A DNA stretch of 64,000 nt from a bacterium (GTDB taxonomy: Bacteria > Desulfobacterota > DSWW01). Both the position numbers and the translations under genes were made by a program. Position 1 is the first letter of the stretch. Every line of letters begins with the position of its first letter. The stretch lies in assembly GCA_040756235.1 (NCBI GenBank), contig JBFLZG010000002.1, positions 96,001 to 160,000 on the forward strand. The letters are read 5' to 3'. Positions 11,478 through 20,315 of this stretch are shown here, piece by piece. The notes under the pieces were generated by a model. It made no database searches, was not told the DNA's origin, and saw only the letters and a program-made list of their open reading frames with translations.

Positions 11478-12935
11478 ATGGCCGGAGAAAGGCTGCTTTA
11501 CCGCAACCCGGGCGCCTTTGCCACCGTGACGGTGCTTCAGGGCGAAGGCTCGTACAAGGAGCTGAGGGTCAACGACGTACCCGAAGTGCCCACGGACTAC
11601 GGCTGCCTCCAGGCTTTCCATGCGCTCGGGCACTTGCCGTGCCTGACACACGGGAGCCCCGAGCGGGCCCTGGTCTTGTGCTTCGGGGCCGGGATCACGA
11701 CCGGCGCCATCTCGATCCACGGCCTCGAGCGGATCGATGCGGTGGAAGTCTGCCCGGACGTGGTCGAGGCGAACCTGTACTTCTTCGAGGAAAACCGGCA
11801 CGTGCTCGCGGACGACCGGGTGCGGCTGATCCTGGAGGAAGGGAGATCCTATCTCTCGCGGTCCGGCGACTCCTACGACCTCATCGCCTGCGATTCGACT
11901 CACCCCCGCTCCGGCGACAGCTGGATGCTTTACACCAGGGAATTCTACGAGCTCTGCTTGCGCAGACTCCGCCCCGGCGGGGTCCTCTGCCAGTGGCTTC
12001 CGATTCACGGACTCAAGCCTTCCGAGTATAAGAGGGTCGTCAGGACCTTCCTGAGCGTCTTCCCGGACACGACCCTGTGGTTCCTGAACCGGTTCACCCT
12101 GCTCCTCGGAGGCGGCAGATCGTCGCTCATCGACTTCGGCCGCTTCGCTCGAGGGCTGAAGGGAAGCGGCGTCCGAGAGGACCTGCGCCCTTATCATCTG
12201 GAGGATGCCTGCGCCTTCCTGAGCTGGTTCGTGGCCGGAGGGGACGACCTGCCGCGCTACGCGGACGGCGCCGAGATCATCACGGACCGCGCACCGCTGC
12301 CTCGAGGGAGCACACCGGAGAGGCTGGCCACCGACACCAAGCCTCTCAACCTGGCCGAGCTGTGCGCCATCCGGAGGGAGGTCGCTTCCATCCTGAGGGG
12401 AGCGCCCGCGGCCGCCCGGAACAAGCTGAAGAAGTATCATGAAGCCAGAGAGCACAGCCTTCAGGGCCGCATCTTCTGCTTTCAAGGACGGTACGAGCGG
12501 GAGAGAGAGTGCTACCTCGAGGCCCTGAAGGCGCTTCCCGGCGACCGTGACACCCGGGTGCTTCTGAGGGAAGCGGAGTGGAACCTCCTGCTGGCGGAGG
12601 GCAAGAAGAGCGTGGAGGAGGGTGCCCTCGAGAAAGCCTGCAAGCTGTACAGGAAGGGGTTGCGGGCGGACGGTCATGCGGGAGCCGCCCTGTACAATCT
12701 CGGGGTGGTGCATCTCAAGATGGGACGCTACGACCGAGCCGTACGTTATTTCCGGGGCGCCCTGCAAACCGTCCCGTGGAACGCCGAAGCGCACTACCAT
12801 CTGGCGGCAGCTTACTGGAACAAGGGAAAAGAGGCGGACTGCCGGGCCGAGCTGGAGCGGGCGCTCGAGCTCGAACCGCGCATGGAGAAGGCGAGAAGAG
12901 CGCTCGCGAGGCTGGGACGGGAGGACGCGCGCTGA
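11478..12935 (+). CDS. spermidine synthase-like (class I SAM-dependent fold) protein with C-terminal TPR repeats
   Basis: ALVLCFGAGIT, IDAVE, EEGR.YL, YDLIACD, LYTREFY, L.PGGVLCQW; TPR helices (ALYNLG...; AHYHLA...). Confidence 0.8.
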   Translation: MAGERLLYRNPGAFATVTVLQGEGSYKELRVNDVPEVPTDYGCLQAFHALGHLPCLTHGSPERALVLCFGAGITTGAISIHGLERIDAVEVCPDVVEANLYFFEENRHVLADDRVRLILEEGRSYLSRSGDSYDLIACDSTHPRSGDSWMLYTREFYELCLRRLRPGGVLCQWLPIHGLKPSEYKRVVRTFLSVFPDTTLWFLNRFTLLLGGGRSSLIDFGRFARGLKGSGVREDLRPYHLEDACAFLSWFVAGGDDLPRYADGAEIITDRAPLPRGSTPERLATDTKPLNLAELCAIRREVASILRGAPAAARNKLKKYHEAREHSLQGRIFCFQGRYERERECYLEALKALPGDRDTRVLLREAEWNLLLAEGKKSVEEGALEKACKLYRKGLRADGHAGAALYNLGVVHLKMGRYDRAVRYFRGALQTVPWNAEAHYHLAAAYWNKGKEADCRAELERALELEPRMEKARRALARLGREDAR

Positions 12936-13017
12936 GGCTGGTGTGCGCTCTCGGCGCCCCGGCTTTTCTGCGCCGCTTCGACCCCGAGCTGTGAGTTCCG
13001 GTGTCCTGGGCTCGTTC

Positions 13018-14451
13018 TCAGAAGAGTGAGAAAGGGAAGGGCTGAATTCCGGTTCCTGACGGTCCCGGCGCCGATCCCTGGGACCGTGATCTCTGCTCCG
13101 CGCGTGCCACTCGAGCGACGCCGTGCTCCGAGGGTTCCGCCTGCGCCTCCAGGAGGTCGGCCTGCTGCTGGAGGGCGAGCGCCTTTTCCCCCTGATGCAG
13201 GTCTCTGAGGCAGGCGGACAGGCTCCGGTAAATGGCAGGAGAGTCACCCTTCCTGTTTAGCGCCTGCGCGAAGTGGATCGCGGCGCGCCCGGGCCTGCCC
13301 AGCTGTTGATACGCCGTGCCCAGGCAATAATCGATCCGGAAGTCTTCCGATCCCTCCTTCACCGTCTGCTCCAGGAGGTCTATGGCCGCCTGTGGCTCTC
13401 TGCGCTCCAGATGGCAGAGAGCCGCGCCGATGGCGCAGAGCAGGCCGGGGGCGTTCTGCTCCCGCGCGGTCCGGTACTGCTCGACCGCGTCCGTAAGCCT
13501 GTCCTGCATGCGGTAAGCCTCGGCCAGGTAACGCCGGGCCACGGCGGGCGTGTCGTGCCTGCGGGCGAGACTTTCGAGCAGGGGAACCGCCCGGTCGTAA
13601 TCCCGCTCCAGGTCGAAGGTCTTCCAGATGAGGCGCAGGAGCTCCTCAGAGGCGGGCTTCTCCTGGAGAACGCCGCCAAGGACCTCTCGTGCCTCGAGGG
13701 CCCGGCCTTGCTCGATGGAGGCGGCCGCCGAGGCCAGCGGAGAATCCCGGTCCGCCTTTCCCGTTTTTCGGGCGATGAGCCCCAGAGACGCCACCAGGAG
13801 AAGCCCGGCCAGAGCGACGGTGGCGTGCCACCGGAAGGCTCGCGGCCAGTGGCGCCCGGGAGGGCAGGGAGGGGGAAGAGCATGCGCGTTGGATCCCCCG
13901 TCGGCGGACATGCAAAGCAGCCCCTCACCCTTCCCCGGTGCACGGGGGAGGCAGAGGCGCGCCAACAGGACCTCTTTTCTCCTGGCCTCGATCAGACGGC
14001 CCGCCTCCTGGAGGGCGCGGACCTGGCTCTGATAACGTTCCGCCAACTCCTGGAGCAGCTCCGGGCTCTCGGTCAGGTCGGAGCGGATCCGATCTAGGCA
14101 TGCGCCGGCCTCGGAGTGGGTCTCTTCCATGGCCAGAACGGACTCCAGGCAGTCGAGGGCGTCGGAATAGTTCCTGGACTCGAGTGCGATGAGGCCGCGG
14201 GAGAGCCACAGAAAGAGGAGCTCGTAAGTTCCCTCCCGTACCTTGGTGCAGGCCCGGTCGTGTTGGTGTCGAAGGCACTCCTGGAGCGCCGGGAGCGTGG
14301 CCTGCTCGGGATAAGAAGAGCAGACGGTGTCCAGGATCTTGCCTTCCCGGTAAACCCGGGTCTCGATCTGCCGCTTCTCGGGACCGAGGTCCTGGGTCTG
14401 GATGTCGTAGGCGGCATCATGGAGATTCTCTTTGTGGTTGAGGCCGAGCAT
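13018..14451 (-). CDS. single-pass membrane TPR protein
   Basis: N-terminal globular domain plus a TPR, TM segment (ATVALAGLLLVASLGLIA), then multiple TPR repeats. Confidence 0.75.
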   Translation of the reverse strand: MLGLNHKENLHDAAYDIQTQDLGPEKRQIETRVYREGKILDTVCSSYPEQATLPALQECLRHQHDRACTKVREGTYELLFLWLSRGLIALESRNYSDALDCLESVLAMEETHSEAGACLDRIRSDLTESPELLQELAERYQSQVRALQEAGRLIEARRKEVLLARLCLPRAPGKGEGLLCMSADGGSNAHALPPPCPPGRHWPRAFRWHATVALAGLLLVASLGLIARKTGKADRDSPLASAAASIEQGRALEAREVLGGVLQEKPASEELLRLIWKTFDLERDYDRAVPLLESLARRHDTPAVARRYLAEAYRMQDRLTDAVEQYRTAREQNAPGLLCAIGAALCHLERREPQAAIDLLEQTVKEGSEDFRIDYCLGTAYQQLGRPGRAAIHFAQALNRKGDSPAIYRSLSACLRDLHQGEKALALQQQADLLEAQAEPSEHGVARVARAEQRSRSQGSAPGPSGTGIQPFPFSLF

Positions 14452-14500
14452 GGCGTCGGGGAACCCCTCGGGTGGAGATCACTTTCGGGTAAGCCGTCCA

Positions 14501-14528
14501 TGGCACGTGGAGTGCAAAGCCAGTGCCA
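14501..14528. promoter_or_regulatory. overlapping divergent sigma54 (-24/-12) promoter motifs
   Basis: Plus strand TGGCAC-GTGGA-GTGCA; minus strand TGGCAC-TGGCT-TTGCA. Both are GG-N10-GC and use the same GC at 14514-14515. Confidence 0.65.
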
Positions 14529-14648
14529 TGAAGGTCCGTTCGCGCGCGGCGCCGTGACGGGAGCGAGATCAAGTTGGCAATAATCTGTATTTGAAGGCAT
14601 TTTCAGGCATTTTGAGCTCGGGATCGGTACAGAGATGAGGAATTCGCC

Positions 14649-15710
14649 ATGAGGAAATTCGTCACAGTGACACTTTTTGGCATTCTGGCTGCCGCGGCGC
14701 CGTCGATTCTGGGTTGTGGCGCCGGGGCGAGGCAGACCCGGAGCGAGCCTGCGGTCGAACCACGACCGGCCCCGGCGGCGGATGCAACCGATCCGGAAGA
14801 CGGTGCGCTCGAGGTCCAGCTCGCCGAAGGCAACCGGTACTGGGAGGAAGGCGACCTGCTGCAGGCCACCCGCATCGCGGACGAGATCCTGGCCCGGCAC
14901 CCGCAGCACCCCGGAGCAGAGGATCTTCTTGCGAGAGTGCGATCCGTACCGTTCTGCACCGTCTATCCGGGGGATACGCTCGGAGAGATCGCCGCGTACT
15001 ATTATCGCGACGCCAGGAAATGGACCGTGCTCGCCCGGGCCAACGGAATCGACGATCCCAGGCGGATCACGGCTTTTCAGCGCATACGCGTCCCTGTCAT
15101 CGCCCCGGAGCCGGGAGCAGCGACGGCGAAACGCTGCGAAGCCGACCGCATCCGATCGCGGTTCTTCGCAGGAAACGAGCCCGCCGGAACCCTGTCCCAT
15201 GAAGTCCGGGCGGGAGATCGGCTGGAGGCCCTTGCCGAAAAGAATTACGGGACCCGCAGCCTCGCTTCCTTTCTGGCTGACTTCAATCAGCTGGAGAACC
15301 TGGGTCCCCTGCAGCCCGGGTCCATCCTGCAAATCCCGACCTTTACCGGAAAGGCCAGAGCCGGGCGGGCAGCCCAGACCCCGAACGCTCTGGAGGAGGG
15401 GATGCTCGCCTGCCAGTCTCAGGACTATGCCGGAGGCTGTGAGCGCCTTGCCTCGATCCCGAAATCCTCGACCGATTACCCGAATGCGCAAAGACAGCTC
15501 GACCGGTGCCGGGTCGCAGGCGCCAGTCATTACGAGGCCCTGGGGGATGAGGCTCTCCGGAGCTCCAAGCCCGAACAGGCTCGTGACTTCTATCAAGCCG
15601 CCCTCGACCTGGAGCCGGAGCGCACGGCGATCCGAAGCAAGCTCGGCGAGATCACGGACATGCTGAAGGCCGTAGACCTCCTGGGGGCGGTGCCTCCGTC
15701 TGGTCCGTGA
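14649..15710 (+). CDS. lipoprotein with two LysM domains and TPR repeats
   Basis: Signal with lipobox ILGC; LysM1 TVYPGDTLGEIA...NGIDDP...IRVP; LysM2 HEVRAGDRLEALA...LQPGSILQIP; flanking TPR-like helices. Confidence 0.85.
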   Translation: MRKFVTVTLFGILAAAAPSILGCGAGARQTRSEPAVEPRPAPAADATDPEDGALEVQLAEGNRYWEEGDLLQATRIADEILARHPQHPGAEDLLARVRSVPFCTVYPGDTLGEIAAYYYRDARKWTVLARANGIDDPRRITAFQRIRVPVIAPEPGAATAKRCEADRIRSRFFAGNEPAGTLSHEVRAGDRLEALAEKNYGTRSLASFLADFNQLENLGPLQPGSILQIPTFTGKARAGRAAQTPNALEEGMLACQSQDYAGGCERLASIPKSSTDYPNAQRQLDRCRVAGASHYEALGDEALRSSKPEQARDFYQAALDLEPERTAIRSKLGEITDMLKAVDLLGAVPPSGP

Positions 15711-15921
15711 AATCCACGCTCCCTTCCAGGGCCGCCGGCTCCGCGGCCTCCCGATCCTGATCCCGTTGATCCAAGACGGTGCCTTCCTGCATCTGTGATG
15801 TTCAGGTGCACCGTTGACATTCCACCCCTTGATCCTCTCACGATACGGTCACGAGCGGTAAGGATTTGCTTTCGAAATCTGACCAGACCACTGAGGTCCG
15901 TGGGAGAGAAAGGGCTCGGAG

Positions 15922-16572
15922 GTGGAGAGAATTCACTACCCAGTCAGTTACAAGAAGGAGTTGAAGCACCTTTACCATGCGTCTTCCAGTGAGGTGGAGG
16001 TCGTGGAAGTGCCGCCGATGAGGTTCCTCATGGTGGACGGGACGGGAGATCCGAACGCCTCCCAGGAGTTCCAGGAAGCGGTGGAAAGCCTGTTCGCCGT
16101 GTCTTTCACGTCCAGGATCCTGATGAACAAGAGCCGCGAGGGGATCGCGCATGGAGTCATGCCGCTCGAAGGTCTCTGGTGGGCCGACGAGATGTCCCGC
16201 ATCCGTCTGCAGGACAAGGGCAGCTGGAAATGGACGCTGATGATCATGCAGCCCGAGCCTGTCGACGCGGACATCGTTCGGCAGGCCGTGCGCCAGGTGT
16301 TCAGGAAGAAGAACCTGTCGGTCCTGGGCAAGCTCAGGTTCGAAGAGTTCTCGGAGGGCAGTGCCGCGCAGATCATGCACGTCGGACCTTTCTCGCAGGA
16401 CGCCGGCACGATCGAGAGACTGCACGATTTCATCGCATCCAACGGCTTCGTTCCTTCCGGCAAGCATCACGAAATCTATCTCAGCGATGTCCGGAGGACG
16501 CCGGCCGGAAAATGGAAGACCATCCTGCGCCAGCCCATCCGGGTGCGGAGCCCGTGCCGCGAGCCTGCGTGA
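15922..16572 (+). CDS. GyrI-like small-molecule-binding domain protein
   Basis: FLMVDGTGDPN, PLEGLWW, W.WTLMIMQP, QIMHVGPF, HHEIYLSD.RRT...KTILRQP. Confidence 0.85.
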   Translation: MERIHYPVSYKKELKHLYHASSSEVEVVEVPPMRFLMVDGTGDPNASQEFQEAVESLFAVSFTSRILMNKSREGIAHGVMPLEGLWWADEMSRIRLQDKGSWKWTLMIMQPEPVDADIVRQAVRQVFRKKNLSVLGKLRFEEFSEGSAAQIMHVGPFSQDAGTIERLHDFIASNGFVPSGKHHEIYLSDVRRTPAGKWKTILRQPIRVRSPCREPA

Positions 16573-16606
16573 TAGGCTGGCGCCAAACGGCCTTCTGCGG
16601 CGTTGC
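16573..16606 (+). repeat. truncated end of MITE-like intergenic repeat (copy C)
   Basis: TAGGCTGGCGCCAAACGGCCTTCTGCGGCGTTGC; 29/33 identical to copy D and similar to the reverse complement of the right ends of copies A and B. Confidence 0.65.
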
Positions 16607-16775
16607 TCCGACTGGTGAGTTGCCGCTCTTCAGCGGCTATTCGTCGGCAGTGTGAGAGGAGGTGCTGAGCCGCATGGATGCCCGGAGTCCGCGATCTCGT
16701 TTCGGTCTCGCGGTCGAGGGGGAGCCTGAGAACTGAAAATCGAGAACTGACGACCCCGGGGGGCGGCGGTTCCCT

Positions 16776-16805
16776 TTGACCTGCGGTCTCGTACGCAAAT
16801 ATACT
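16776..16805 (+). promoter_or_regulatory. sigma70-like promoter of the selenoprotein gene
   Basis: TTGACC-N18-TATACT. Confidence 0.55.
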
Positions 16806-16862
16806 GCGGCACAGAGGGTGGGGACATAGGCCCTCTTCCGAGGCCCCTGAAGGAGCGAGCCC

Positions 16863-17402
16863 GTGAACGATGCGTCGGGTCTTTCATCCATGGTAGCCCT
16901 GGACCCCTCGGGACGGCCGGTGCGGCTGGGGAGCTTCTGGGAGGCGAAGCCGGTCGTCCTGGTTTTCATCCGCCATTTCGGCTGACTGCTTTGCCAGGAG
17001 CAGGTCGCGCAGTTGCGCGGCGTGACGGATGAGGTCCGGCGGCGAGGAGCCGAAATCCTGGTCGTGGGCAGCGGCCGGCCCGACCAGGCTGCGCGCTTCC
17101 GCGAGGAGCAGAATATCGGCTTCCCGCTTCTGGTCGATCCGCAGCTGGAGGCGTATCGGGCCGCCGGCCTCAGACGCGGGGTCCGCCGGATCGCCAACCT
17201 GAGGACCCTCGCCCACAGCTTCCGTGCCATGCGGAAGGGATTTCGACAGAAGAGAACGCAGGGAGACCCCTGGCAGCTCGGAGGCACTTTCGTGATTGCT
17301 CCCGGTGCCAGGGTGCTCTTCCGACATGTGAGCCGTGAAGCCGGAGATCATCCGGACACGAGGGAAATCCTCGACGCCCTGGACCGGGCTGCCCACGGTT
17401 GA
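16863..17402 (+). CDS. selenocysteine-containing peroxiredoxin-like protein (AhpC/TSA, SelU-like), UxxC motif
   Basis: AGGAG RBS then GTG 16863; reads ...KPVVLVFIRHFG-TGA(16983-16985)-LLCQEQ... in frame with ORF 17013..17402 (QLGGTFV, GDHP); hairpin 17004-17021 follows the TGA. Confidence 0.85.
16986..17021 (+). promoter_or_regulatory. candidate bacterial SECIS element
   Basis: Stem GTCGCGC/GCGCGGC with AGTT loop containing G, loop starting about 25 nt after the UGA; an alternative small hairpin CTGCT..AGCAG directly follows the UGA. Confidence 0.55.
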
Positions 17403-17512
17403 TGCCTGCGATCAGGGCTCGGATCGGCGTGCGCCAACGGCCGATCGCCGCAGATAATCCGTTATCGACAGCCTCGTAGGGATGTCGAAAACACCCCCTT
17501 GAGAGTCAGACC

Positions 17513-18607
17513 GTGACCGCTATCCCGACGGCCTCCAAGGCGCCCCTGCTGTTCGAAGCGCTCCCCGGCCTGGAGAGACGTTTTCCCTGGATTTCCCTGG
17601 TGGAGGGCCCGACCCCCGTGCAATTGCTCGAACGGCTGAGCGCGAGGGTCGGAGGCGAGATCTGGGTCAAGAGAGATGACCAGACCTCGCCCGTGTACGG
17701 CGGAAACAAGCCGAGAAAGCTGGAGTTCCTGCTGGCCCACGCGCTTTCTGCCGGCGCGCACACGCTCGTCACCGCAGGAGGCCTGGGAACCAACCACGGG
17801 CTGGCCACGGCGATTTTCGGCGGAAAGCTGGGCTTCCACGTCGTGCTCGGCCTGTTCGACCAACCGGTCACCGAGCACGTTCGAAGGAGCTTGCTCTTGT
17901 ATCACTCCTTCGGCGCCGAAATGATGCACCTGGGATCCAAGCTCAGAGGCATGCTCCAGTTGGGGATCCTCGAACGGATTCGGCGTCCGCAGGCCTGCTT
18001 CATTCCCCTGGGCGGATCTTCCCCGGTGGGCTGCCTCGGCTTCGTCAACGCCGGCCTGGAGCTTGCCCGGCAGATCGAGCGCGGCCACCTGCCCCGGCCA
18101 GCCTCCATATTCGTGGCCGTCGGGTCGTGCGGCACCATGGCCGGCCTGGTCCTTGGGCTCAAGCTCGCCGGGGTACCGGTTCCGGTGGTGGGCGTCCAGG
18201 TGGCCCCCCGAATCGTCGTGAACCCGAGGGCCGTGCTGCGGCTCGCCAGGCGCACGCAGAGGCTCCTGGACGGCGGCGCCGACAACGCCGCAGGCGGCTC
18301 TCTGTGCCTGAGGGACTTCCCGGTCGAGACGCACCACTACGGCTCGGGCTACGGGCATCCGACCGCGGCGGGTCGCTCCGCGGCGAGTCTGCTCGCGCAG
18401 ACCGAGGGCATTCCGCTGGAGCCGACCTACACGGCCAAGACCTTTGCGGCCGTTCTGGCCCGCGCAGGGCAGAAGCGCGGGTCCGGTCCCGTCCTCTTCT
18501 GGAACACCTTCAACTCCGTGGACCTTTCGAGCAAGGCTCAGCTCGTCGATCCGTTTTCTCTGCCGAAAGCTTTTCATCGATTCTTCGCATGTCGGCCGCA
18601 CGAGTGA
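17513..18607 (+). CDS. PLP-dependent D-cysteine desulfhydrase / ACC deaminase family enzyme
   Basis: PTPVQ.L, WVKRDD, GGNKPRKLEFLL, NH..ATA, GSCGTMAG, EPTYTAK (Thr rather than the Glu typical of true ACC deaminases). Confidence 0.85.
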   Translation: MTAIPTASKAPLLFEALPGLERRFPWISLVEGPTPVQLLERLSARVGGEIWVKRDDQTSPVYGGNKPRKLEFLLAHALSAGAHTLVTAGGLGTNHGLATAIFGGKLGFHVVLGLFDQPVTEHVRRSLLLYHSFGAEMMHLGSKLRGMLQLGILERIRRPQACFIPLGGSSPVGCLGFVNAGLELARQIERGHLPRPASIFVAVGSCGTMAGLVLGLKLAGVPVPVVGVQVAPRIVVNPRAVLRLARRTQRLLDGGADNAAGGSLCLRDFPVETHHYGSGYGHPTAAGRSAASLLAQTEGIPLEPTYTAKTFAAVLARAGQKRGSGPVLFWNTFNSVDLSSKAQLVDPFSLPKAFHRFFACRPHE

Positions 18608-18840
18608 GCGGGCGGGCAGGCTCAGAGCAAGTGGGGGGGCTGGCGAATCCGCAATCTTCGTCCTGATCCTTCTGATCCTTGCGCCGGGCCTGCCACCTGA
18701 AGAGCGCGGTCCAAGGAGGAAGTCCGGCGAACGGAGCCCCGGAACCTGGGGGCGGGCGTACCTGGAGCTTTTGGGTCAGGCTCTAATCTAATAGGATGGT
18801 GCTTGCATTCCCTGTCCCGAACGAGAGAACAGGAGAGGTC

Positions 18841-20100
18841 ATGCCGATGCAGGATGTGCTGGCTATCGTCTTGGGCGGCGGTCGAGGATCCCGCCTGTAT
18901 CCGCTGACCAAGCTGCGCGCCAAGCCCGCGGTGCCCCTGGCGAGCAAGTACCGCCTCATCGACATCCCGATCAGTAACTGCATCAATTCGGGGCTGAATA
19001 GGATCTTCGTCCTGACCCAATTCCTCTCTGCCTCGCTCCACCGGCACGTATACGATACCTACAAGTTCGACGTGTTCGCCAAAGGCTTCGTCGAGATCCT
19101 GCCGGCCGAGCAGACCCACACCAGCAAGGCCTGGTACCAGGGGACTGCAGACGCGGTCCGGAGGCAGATGCACCGCTTCGTCAGCCGCGAGCCTGAGGAC
19201 GTCCTCATCCTGGCCGGCGACCATCTCTACCGAATGGATTATGCGGAGTTTCTGCAGTTCCACCGTGCGAGCGGCGCCGAGGTCACAACGGCGGTTTTTC
19301 CGGTGGAAGCGCAGGAGGCGAGCCGCTTCGGCATCCTCAAGACGGACCGCCGGGGCCGAATCACCGACTTTCGTGAAAAACCCAGGCGGCAAGAGGATCT
19401 CAGCGGCTTGGAGAGCGAGACCGGAACGGCAGAGCGGTACCTGGCCTCCATGGGGATCTACATCTTCAAGATGCCGGTGCTGAAGTCTCTTCTCGACGAG
19501 ATCGCCGGCGATGACTTTGGCACGCACATCCTTCCCAAGGCGATCGGCACCCGGCGGGTGCATGCTTTTCTCTACAACGGATACTGGGTGGACATCGGGA
19601 CCATTTCCTCGTTTTATGATGCCAACCTTGCGTTGACCCGGTCGCACCCTCCCTTCGACTTCTATGATCCCCGGAAGCCCATCTATACACGATCTCGTTT
19701 CCTGCCGCCCTCGCTCATCGAGGACTGCAGGATGAGGCGAGCGGCCGTGGCCGACGGCTGCCGTCTGCAGGGGGCGGAGATCGAAGAAAGCATCGTCGGC
19801 TTGCGCAGCATCATCTACCCGGGCGCCCGTCTGAGCCAGGTCGTGATGATGGGCGCCGATTACTACGAGGACCAGGGAGACATTGCGGGGGACTGCGAGA
19901 AGGGATGGCCCCCGATCGGAATCGGAGGGGGCAGCCGGATCGAGCGGGCGATCATCGACAAGAACGCGCGCATTGGCCACGGCGTCGTGATTCGGTCCCG
20001 TGCCGGTGAGCCGGACAGGGAAGAGGATACATTCGCGCTCCGCGACGGAATCGTGGTGATTCCGAAGAATACCGTGATCCCGGACGGGACCGTGATCTGA
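18841..20100 (+). CDS. glgC: glucose-1-phosphate adenylyltransferase
   Basis: LGGGRGSRLYPLT..RAKPAVP, YRLIDIPISNC, WYQGTADAVR, GDHLYRMDY, ASMGIY, beta-helix C-terminus. Confidence 0.95.
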   Translation: MPMQDVLAIVLGGGRGSRLYPLTKLRAKPAVPLASKYRLIDIPISNCINSGLNRIFVLTQFLSASLHRHVYDTYKFDVFAKGFVEILPAEQTHTSKAWYQGTADAVRRQMHRFVSREPEDVLILAGDHLYRMDYAEFLQFHRASGAEVTTAVFPVEAQEASRFGILKTDRRGRITDFREKPRRQEDLSGLESETGTAERYLASMGIYIFKMPVLKSLLDEIAGDDFGTHILPKAIGTRRVHAFLYNGYWVDIGTISSFYDANLALTRSHPPFDFYDPRKPIYTRSRFLPPSLIEDCRMRRAAVADGCRLQGAEIEESIVGLRSIIYPGARLSQVVMMGADYYEDQGDIAGDCEKGWPPIGIGGGSRIERAIIDKNARIGHGVVIRSRAGEPDREEDTFALRDGIVVIPKNTVIPDGTVI

Positions 20101-20315
20101 GGGGGCATGGGCGACGGACGGAACGAGAATCGCGGGGCGGTGCGTGCGCCCTTGCCTGACACTGCACTTCTTTGACGATCTCAGGTGAGCTGAACAAGAA
20201 GCCCGGTCGGCCCGGGGCCTCTCCCGCTCTCCGACCGTTCGCAGTTGTCCCGTGGGGAAACCGGTGCTATAAGGGAGTGGCTTGCACTTCTCGAATACGG
20301 AGGTCCGGCCAGGAA

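Noticed and set aside
16654..16736. 20-aa small ORF after an AGGAGG motif, plus a short GAGAACTGA direct repeat
   Set aside because: Too short and RBS spacing is long; no supporting evidence.
17513..18607. ACC deaminase (acdS) call
   Set aside because: Lacks the diagnostic Glu (has EPTYT) and Leu residues, so it was left as a family-level call.
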